DNA from: Vicugna vicugna | Lineage: Eukaryota | DNA: 64,000 nt | NCBI GenBank assembly: GCA_013265495.1 | Contig: MU061579.1 | Coordinates: 6,300,124-6,364,123, forward strand | Direction: 5' to 3' | Part shown: positions 55,048-64,000 of the stretch, in pieces | Numbering within the stretch: the stretch's first letter is position 1 | How the letters are laid out: every line of letters starts with the position of its first letter | Made by a program: the position numbers and the translations under genes | The notes under the pieces: model-generated | The model's input: only the letters and a program-made list of their open reading frames with translations | Told to the model about the DNA's origin: nothing | Databases searched by the model: none

Positions 55048-57095
55048 TTCTCCTTTAGGCTGGTAATTTTGAATCATTAACAAAAGTACAGTTTATGTTC
55101 AGAATTATTTTCTTGAGAAGGTAGGAAAGTATGATGATAGAATTTAGAAATATGTTCAATAAAAAGCAAAGCAAAAAAAGGGAAAAAGAAAAAACAATGA
55201 GAAATGATTATAACAGAGGATCTCTATGTTTCCTTCTAAATTCAGAGCTTATAATTTGATTTTCTATGATTTTATGACTTCTCAAGTCCCTTCTTTGCAG
55301 AGTTAGTCTATGAATTTTTATTAATTTTGCCAGATACATATTTGCTGACTCTGGGTGAAGGTTTGCGGCAGTTGTGGTCCAACTATAATATATCACTTTT
55401 GAACATGAGATATTTTTCAGGGCTGTGAGTCATTTAATTCAGGCATTTCCATTTTAAAAATTTTGTTATGACTACCCACGTCTCTGCAGCAGTTGGACTA
55501 GAATTTATCCTTCTTTCCTTTGTGAGACTCAGAAGTCCATGCAAAAGCTTTTCCTGTTAGAACAGTATGAGCAAATATATGGGCACTTTTATTACTGTAA
55601 TCTTTTATTTCAATGTACATGTTTCCTACAATAACCTTGACCTCTCTTCACTTAGGTTTTTCCTCTCTTCTTATTTATGTAGCTTAGGTTAAATATTCTT
55701 TGACCATTTAAGATTTTTATTTTGGACAAATCCCTGTAATTTTTGTGCAAGATCTTTTTTTATTTAACCTTAGTATTCCTCAGGAGCAAAAGCTTCGTAG
55801 GTAGTTTAAATCTTCTCTATTCATAATATGTAACTATAGTGAATTATCATTTAACTAAAATACCTGGAGAATAAAAGCCTTTTTATTTATTTTAAGAGAA
55901 TTCCTTTCCCATTTCAAGATCTATGCGAAATGTTACTCAGTATTATTAGAAGGGTTTGGACAACCCACTATAAAAGGGTTAAACAACATGATCTTGAAAG
56001 TTTACTAAGTCTCCAAATACACGAATAAGGCACAAAAGCAGCAAACTTGCCCTCCAACCTACAGCTTCAAGAAAGGAAATCTTGTCGTGAGAATGTATTC
56101 TAAGCTTCCTAAGTAATGGATCTTCTTGTGTCTCCCTTGAAGTGTGCGCCATTATTCATTAGCATTTACTGTCAGGATGCCCTTCACCCAGGTTCAGTTT
56201 CCTTTTCTTTCATTTTAACTCATTACATTGAATTATATGTCTCCCATTCAAGAAAACAATTCTCCTCTTCTTTGTTTTTCTTATGTATTTGAGAATGTAA
56301 ATACTTTTTGATTCAGTAACATCTGTTTCAATTAATGTCTCAAGTTGTCTTTCTAGAAGAGAATTGTTCATGTCTTGTCTGTTTGGTACTTGCACTGTTC
56401 TGAATAGCATGTAAAGAAGTTAAATTGCCACTCCTAGTCATTGAATAGAACACTGCAGTCAGCTCTAAAGGAGCTATTTATCTAGTTTATAAAATCTTGC
56501 AGAGAAGCAACTTTGCCTTTTGGAGAAGAGCCTGGGTTAGAGTATATAAAAATTGCATAGTATGGGGCTGTGAAGTTACCGCTTTATGACATTATGTGTA
56601 AACATCAATATTCAGGCACTGAAACTAATTCACTGTTAACTTTTGGCAAGTCCCTTGATACCTCTGTCTCAATTTTTTTCACTTAAGGATGAAAAAATGG
56701 GATATATTTGGGGTAGAATACATACTGCTTGAGGGTTGTCATTCTCCCACCCCTACACGTATCCATAACATCATGACACCATTCATTCATTCATTCCTTC
56801 ACTCAAATTCAACCAAAATCCTCATTCTTAAACTCAGTAGTTTTCAACATACTTACTAACATTGAGTTATCATTTAATATGAAACAATATACCACTCCTG
56901 AAATAGATGGGCCCCAAATCCTTTTCTAATTTTTTTAGTGTTCTGTGTTTCTTGCTGCATCTTCTAGTACAAAGAATTTTGCATGACCTCAGAGAGGGCT
57001 CCATTTTGCTCCAGCTCTTGACTAGGTGCCTTGCTCACCCGCCCTTTCTTTAATGCAGGACACACTTTGTTCCTGAGTAGACTGGACCACTAGGA

Positions 57096-57272
57096 CAGAG
57101 GTTCCCAAACATTAGTGTGCATCGGTATCTACTGAAACATAGATGGCTGGTCCCCTCCCCTGGTTAATGATTCGGTATGTCTGGAGTAGGACCCATCAAA
57201 TTGTATTTCTAACAAGTTTCCAGGTAATTGTGATTCTGCTGGTCTGAGGAGCACATTTTGAGAAACATTGCT
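57096..57272. mobile_element. MER5A-like hAT MITE
   Basis: ttcccaaac...tttctaacaagtttccaggt...ctgctggtctgaggagcacattttgagaaacattg. Confidence 0.75.
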
Positions 57273-57284
57273 CTCTAGAAGAAC

Positions 57285-58485
57285 ATTTCTTAATCTAGAG
57301 TTTATAGATTGCAAAGGCATCTATGGATAGAATTCAGAGACTTTATGAACAAAGATGAGTTAAAAATTATATTTATATTTTCACTAACAAAGCTGAATGT
57401 AGGCAATAAACCACAGAAGTAGTAGTAGTATCTGACCTTGTCACAATAGAAATCAGAGAGATTTTCCTGTCATTTTGCAATTATTTCAGATTGTTTTAGA
57501 TCTGTTTCTTAAAGTATGACTTATGCATATCAGTACTATGACATGATATTGGTTATTTTCCTCTCATTAGATTTCATTATTTTATGAGTTACTAAAATAC
57601 CAGTTATTATTATACCTCAACTAAATATACTGATGCCTGCATTTCAATATAATTCCACCTTTGTCATTTTATGTATTTTATTTTAAGTGTAGAAAACACC
57701 AGTGTGAATAGCAGCCATAGGCTGCCTCTCTCTGTCTGAGGGTTCATGCAGGAGACATGAACTCCCTTCCTAAAATGTGGGTATAATAAAGACTTTAGGA
57801 TCAAGTCATATTCTACCTACTAGGATCCTTCTGGTTGTACAACACCAGTCAAGGATGTAGTGGCAACAGAACAGAACGTACTAGGTGAAATCTATCTGTA
57901 ATCATCTTTGCACCTAAACAGGTAAACATCAAGCAAAGTGACTGGATAAATAAAACTATACATTAAATTTTATTTTTCCCCTGTTGTTTTTGCTATTCTA
58001 GATGGCACTACAGCGAGACGCCACTTATATTTCTTTTAGTTTATCACTTAGAGCAATAGTTCTCAAAACGTGAACTTGCGGTGTTAGTGGGGTCCCTGAA
58101 ACTCTTCTGGAGGATCTGAGGAGATGAGGCAAAAACTCTCTGCAATATAACTAACATGTTATTTGCACTTTTCATTCTCATCCTTTTATTAATTATACAG
58201 TGGAATTTCCTAGAGGCTACATAATTTAAATTGTGAATATTTAAACCATGCCACTCTTCTCTATTATTTTTCTGTTTAGGAAAACATAGTTATTTTTAAT
58301 GAAAAAATTTTAGTTATGTTAACATATAATGGACTTATAATTGTTATTTTAAAATAAATTAATCAATAAATATTTCATGAATTTTATTTTATAATATGGT
58401 AAATATAGCCAGACATAACCAACATGAAAAAAGCACTTTGAGGTCTTCCATTTTTAAAGTGGAATGGGGTCTTGAACCAAAGGAT
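57285..58485. mobile_element. hAT-Charlie-type fragments (two pieces)
   Basis: Charlie-like motifs (ggggtccctgaaactctt...cagtggaatttcctagaggctacat). Family unresolved. Confidence 0.45.
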
Positions 58486-58842
58486 TTTTTTTTTCCTTAG
58501 AGAATTTATGGTTCAAAGAATGTAATTATTAAACTATCAAAAAGTCTGTTAGTGACTGTGTACTTTTACCAGGTCTTGAACCAAGCGGAGAAAAACAGGC
58601 TTTTCCTTGGGAATTTACTAAGACCGTCTACCTTGACAGGAACTATAAGAGAAAGAACAGATCAAACAGGGAAGATGGGTGATTTAAAGAAGTTAAAAAA
58701 ACAAAGCTTCAATAGCTTTAGGGGAAGACAGGGTTAAATAGAAGCGGAGTTGGAACAAACAGGATGAGCTGGTGGCCACACCTGTGGCATGTGATGGCAC
58801 GCCAGGGTGCTTTCCTTCCCTCCAAGTCTCCTGCATCTGCTC

Positions 58843-59049
58843 GCCATTTTTATTACAGACTTGGAGTAAATGTAAATGTTGTGTAAACAGCTGTAAGTGC
58901 ATTGTAAATGCTACATAAATAGCTACCAGTGTGTGACAAGTACAAGTTTTGCTTTCTGAAACTCGCAGGAATATTTTTTCAAATATTTTTGACTCACTGT
59001 TGGTTGAATCCATGGATATGGAACTGGTGGATACAGAGGGCTGACTGTA
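58843..59049. mobile_element. Tigger2/MER2-type fragment
   Basis: Terminal tggttgaatccatggatatggaac...gatacagagggctgactgTA. Confidence 0.7.
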
Positions 59050-61062
59050 CTACCTTCTTTCACATGTTTCTAAAGAGAAGGAATCTCAGCCAAAATAATG
59101 ATCAAAACCTTCATCTGATGGAATTTGGACCATTGTGAATATATCCTCATGACCAGAGGGTGTCAGGTTCTGGGCCGCTCACGGTGACAAGGAACAAAGT
59201 GATCAACACACCTCTCCATCTTTATGCTGAACATCATCTCCTCTTTCCTATAGCTCTGGTGCCATCAGGGCCAGCCTTGAGTGAGAGCCCTCCCTTCTTC
59301 CTACACTTAAGCATCAATTAAGGCATGTCCCTCCACACCATTGTGGTTATTTTGCCAGGAGAAAAAAAATAGGTTAAAGAAAATGTTCCTCACTTTGCTA
59401 AGCTCTAAACAGTGGCTGCCCATTTGGCTGATCATCAGAGTCATTGTTGAATTTTCTAAAAATTTAGATTTCTGGGACCAAAGCTTGTGCTTCCGATTCA
59501 ATAGGTTCCTTATGTACTTCTGACTATCAGGTTTTAGAAGCATTCCTGAGAAGCACTGCAAAAAATTTTGGTACAATATTTGAAACTACAGAGCTTGTTT
59601 GTATTGGGTTTGACGCTCATCCTATTGGTGTTGGGTACTTTCTTCTCTTTGTTTTCCTTGAGATGATAAGCATATTAAAAGCAAAAACTGTCTTGCTTAT
59701 ATTTATGCCTCACTGCATCATTATATTTGATATGTTGTGCAAAGTGTGTGCTCAACAAATGTGATTGGGCTTGACACAACACCTCAAAGGAGAGGGGTAA
59801 GGATGTGGGACCACACATCTGGAAAGTTCACCAGGTGTCTAAGACTGTTTTTGGAAGCTGAGGGATCTACACCTCACATTTTACCTAGAAACCACCCTGC
59901 AGATCAATCAGGAACATGGCTCTTTCTCAATAATCAGGGAATGGTCAGTATGATAGCTCAGTGCTATGGTCAGATAAAACCTGTATTGTATCTACATAAA
60001 TAAAAATATTTCTAATGTAATATTTGACATGTACCAACCCCAAAATTATGTGCCAATATTTATCAAATAAAGTTAGAGAATAAGAAGAGACTCACTATAG
60101 ATTAAAAATTCAATATTGTTACTGGAGACAACTAAGGAATAATTATGCCAGCACCTATTTTCCTCTATTATAAATTATAATATGTCATGAACTTTTCTAC
60201 TGCAGTAAAAACTCAACAAGTCTAATTTTTTATTTATACCTTAAATTAAGGCAAAGAAATCTTGGGAGGTTTAACACTTAAATAAGTATAGTATTTATTT
60301 GGCTACTTCATTTACTGTAAAAATGATTGATAAAGTGAACACATAAATACATATATTTATATGAAAGTATTCATATTCTTGATAACCTAAGTCTTTCAAG
60401 TGAATTATAAACTCAGCATATTCTTGGAAATATGGAGTACAATTCTATGGGTATTATTTAGGGAAAACTTTTTTTTTTTTACTATTTTTCAATTTGTGGA
60501 ATTATTGCTGTCCACAATTTGCCAATAATTTAATCAGTTGTTTTACTGAATGGGCTCCTAAGCTAGTAAAGCACAGAAACATGTTGTGGCTATTTCATAG
60601 CTTCACTTCCTAAATTTACCATTTAGTGCAATTTACTAAGGATCCAACTTGCTGCCAGGAAGTAGTTTGCTTCTAGGAAAAATTTGTTCGAGTTCTAACA
60701 TCAATTCTCTATTCAGTGAAAAATGTACACACAAATTAAAAGCAAGTGAAAATATTTGTTTCTTCACAAAAATACGAAATATAACAGAGTTGGAGCTGGA
60801 AGGGCTCTTAGGGAACAAGGTGATGGAACACCTTCATTTTGCATATGAGGAGACTGAAGTTTAGAGTGTTTAAATAACATTCCATAGGCTATGTACCTCT
60901 TTATTGGCAAAGCAGGGATAGAACCCAAGTTTCTTGATATCTAGTCCATTTACCTTCCAGTATAGTAGCATATTTCAAAGTCTGACACTTTGTAACCTAG
61001 ATGATTCCAGGTGGATATGGATGAGCATTAAAAATTATTATGCATTCATTTTAAAATAGACT

Positions 61063-63150
61063 GGGGACTTCTGGCATCTGCTCAAGAGATAAAGATCTGG
61101 GAAAGGCATTGCTCATACCCTAACACCCAGAAAAAGCAAGATGATCTACAATTTTCTTGAATCCATCAGAGATGGAGCTGCAAGTTCACCAACTAACCTG
61201 AAGTCAAAGTAATGACAGGTACCTTTAAGGAGATACAGGCCTTATACACTGACTCATGTGAAAGATCACAGGTGGAAGATGGGGCTTCCATGCATGTTGC
61301 TAGGAGGAAGTCAGCTAAAATTTTTAATGAAAAGTTGCTAAAAGTGAAGCATGGGCAAGTGTGAGAACATAGAACCCCTTGAATCTGAAGCTGCAAGGGG
61401 AATTTGTACCCACTCAGAGGCTCTTCTCCACTGGATGTTTACAAAAAGATTGGGAAGAGGTAAGAACAGCGAGCAAGCTTCCCTCACGATCCAGGTCTGG
61501 AGAGGAGGAGGATCACTACTAGGGGAGAGACAAAGTCCACCTGGATGCTTCGGCCCACGGGGAAAAAAAAGCCTTGTGTTACTGGGGGATGGGCAGCAAA
61601 TCTTGCCATAGTTAGGTCACAGGCCAAGACTCAGTGTGGCTTGGAAAAGAGGGGAGAAAAAACACTGTACACCTTGGAAGGGATAGGAAATCTCCTGGGC
61701 CTGGGCCAGAAGATTTGTTGGACTACTGAGGGAGAGGAAGGATCACAGAAAGACCTGAGATGCAGTGATACAGAGCCCATCTAAGAGGGAACCTGAATCA
61801 AGGCGATAGTGGACCCTGCTTCCCTCCACCATCAGACTAGTAACTACTGAATAACAAGCAGCAGCCGTCTTCTGCTGGGAGGTGGACAAAAACTTGGAGA
61901 GGAAATCCTCTCTGAAGCAAGGGTTCACAGGAAATGCCTAAAGCCGAGGGTGGAACAGGAGCATTGTAAAAAGCCCTCTAGCAAACTAGCCCTCACCACA
62001 AGCGCAAGGTAATACTACAGGAATCGAGGCCAGTAATGCATGGAAAGTGCATCTTGGCTGTAACAAAATCCCCCCTTCCCTACATGATAAAAGACTAGCA
62101 GAAGAAGAGGTTCGCCTACTTCCAGCTATAAATACTAATTACTTCAATCTCTACTGTCCTATACACAATGTTACACTTTCAATTGAAACTACAAAACACA
62201 CAAAGAAGTAAGCAAAAAACAACATACTATCAATGGACAAAGTAATAAATAAAATCATATTTACATAGAACCCAGATGTTAGAAATATCAGACACCAATT
62301 TTAAATAACCATGATTAATATGTGAAGGCTTTAGTGGAAAAGTTGGACAATATGGATGAATAATTGGAGAATTTTAGCAGAGAGGTGAAAAATAAAGGAA
62401 TAAAGAAAACTAAATACTAGAAATAAAATTAGAGTAACAGAGATAAGAATGCTTTCAATGGGTTCATCAGTGGACCTGACACAGCTGAGGAAAGAATCAG
62501 TGAACTTGAAGGTAGGTCAACAGAAATCACCAAGGTTGAAACATCAAGATAAAAAGAGCAAAAAATGAATTAGAAAAATATATACAGCCCATCAAACATA
62601 TATCTGAATTCTACTGGTTAGATGAGGTTGAAGTGAAAAATAAAAAAAAGTTAACATCAGAAGAGATAAGTCATAGTGAGAGTATGTAATCTTGATATAA
62701 TGAGATGAGAGTGGGCACTTTACCTCCACGGTCTTCCTCACAAAAACCTGTAACTCCAGTCTTATCATGAGAGAAACATCAGACAAATTCAAGGTGAGAG
62801 ATATCCTACAAAATATCTGACCCACATTCCCCTGAAATGTCAATTTTTTCAAAATAATGGAAATCCAAGAAACCATCAAAGCTAGAAGCAACCTAGGGGG
62901 ATATGATGACTAATGTAATGTAGTAACTTGGATGGGGTTTTGGAACATAAGACAGAAATTAAGTTAAAACTAAGGAACTCCAAGTAAACTATGGCTTTTA
63001 CTTAATATATCAGTATCAATTCATTCATTGTGCTAGTATAAGATGTTAAAAATAGGGAAAATTGGGTGGGGGATATATGGGAACTCTTTGTACTATATTC
63101 ACAATTTTCCTATAAATCTAAAACTCTTCTAAAAAGATTTATTTAAAAAT
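61063..63150 (+). mobile_element. Old L1 (L1MC-like): 5' UTR and ORF1 remnant followed by a 3' UTR piece
   Basis: ORF1-like gacacagctgaggaaagaatcagtgaacttgaaggtaggtcaa (~62480-62520) and 3' UTR atatgggaactctttgtact...aaatctaaaact. Confidence 0.75.
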
Positions 63151-64000
63151 AAACGATTTCATTTAAAATTTCATTTAAATAATTATACAAGTAGTATGCA
63201 GAAAAATTGTGATTTTAAAAATTGTGACTGTGGTAGGGGAATAACAGATTTGGGAAACACTATTAAAAGAGTTAAGGGACTATACTATGCCATGCTATTT
63301 GCTGATTTAATTTTAAAAATTCCGAATTTCTCAGTCCTGGGTCTATATTTTACAAAGCTCCTTAATGGTGTTTTATGGTTTCATAGCTCAACAGTATAAC
63401 TTCCCTTCTGATTGGAAGCTTCATTAGAACAGAACATATGCCTTTATTCAATTCCCTTGGGTGCCTGTATGACAATGTTCAGAATGGATATGGAACATTT
63501 ATTCACAAAATCAGTTCATGTGAAGATGAATGAATGCTTCTTTGTGCTTTTCTTTAATTTTACGTCACTAATTTCTCTCAATTGTTGAGAAGCCCAGATT
63601 ATTGTATATTTTCCATTGGAGTGACTCTAACATGTTGATCATTAATAATCAGAAAACTGTCACAGGGGCATTTTTCTGTGATCACTTGCTTTGTCTTATT
63701 TTGAGATCAAGGTGGGTGAATCTCTTGATCTCTGCCAGCTGTCAGTAAATCTGCTTAGAGCTGGAAGAGCAAGTTGGTATCATTTTGCAACTCAATTCCA
63801 ATCCTTTGGCGATGGCTTCCTAAAAATTTGTCTTGAGGATTCCAACACCATGAGTGCTGTGACCAATTTAAGGGTGAGAGAGAGAGAACAATTATGCCAT
63901 GATGGCTCATGAATCACATATCTGGCAAATTCTACTTAAAGACTACTTGACATTAATAAGTGTTATTACTCTCATAATGGGCCTCTGAAAGCCTGAAAAA

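Noticed and set aside
47430..64000. A second gene downstream of DTHD1
   Set aside because: Only short ORFs, many in repeats, and no recognisable protein or consistent exon chain. Non-coding transcripts cannot be excluded.

Overview
Mammalian genomic DNA, probably camelid (tRNA-Ala-derived Vic-1-like SINE, cetartiodactyl-type L1 3' ends). It holds the last five coding exons of DTHD1 (death domain-containing 1) on the + strand: 8277-8441, 9360-9649, 15255-15499, 39638-39695 and 44372-44733 (stop). All introns are GT-AG and the exons splice into one open frame of about 372 codons ending in a death domain. The 5' part of the gene lies left of the window. The rest is intron and 3' flank filled with L1, L2, MIR, MaLR/ERVL LTRs and DNA transposons. 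I found no second gene and no evidence of a new multi-gene system. The best second-look items are: a probable L1 3' transduction (32683-33768), a twin-priming inverted L1 with a perfect palindrome at its junction (15927-19668), a CpG-rich young L1 5' end antisense in an intron (1-395), a possibly extended DTHD1 C-terminus, a predicted death-domain-less splice isoform and a candidate T/NK-cell intronic enhancer. Repeat family names come from recognition by eye, not a database search, and repeat boundaries are approximate.
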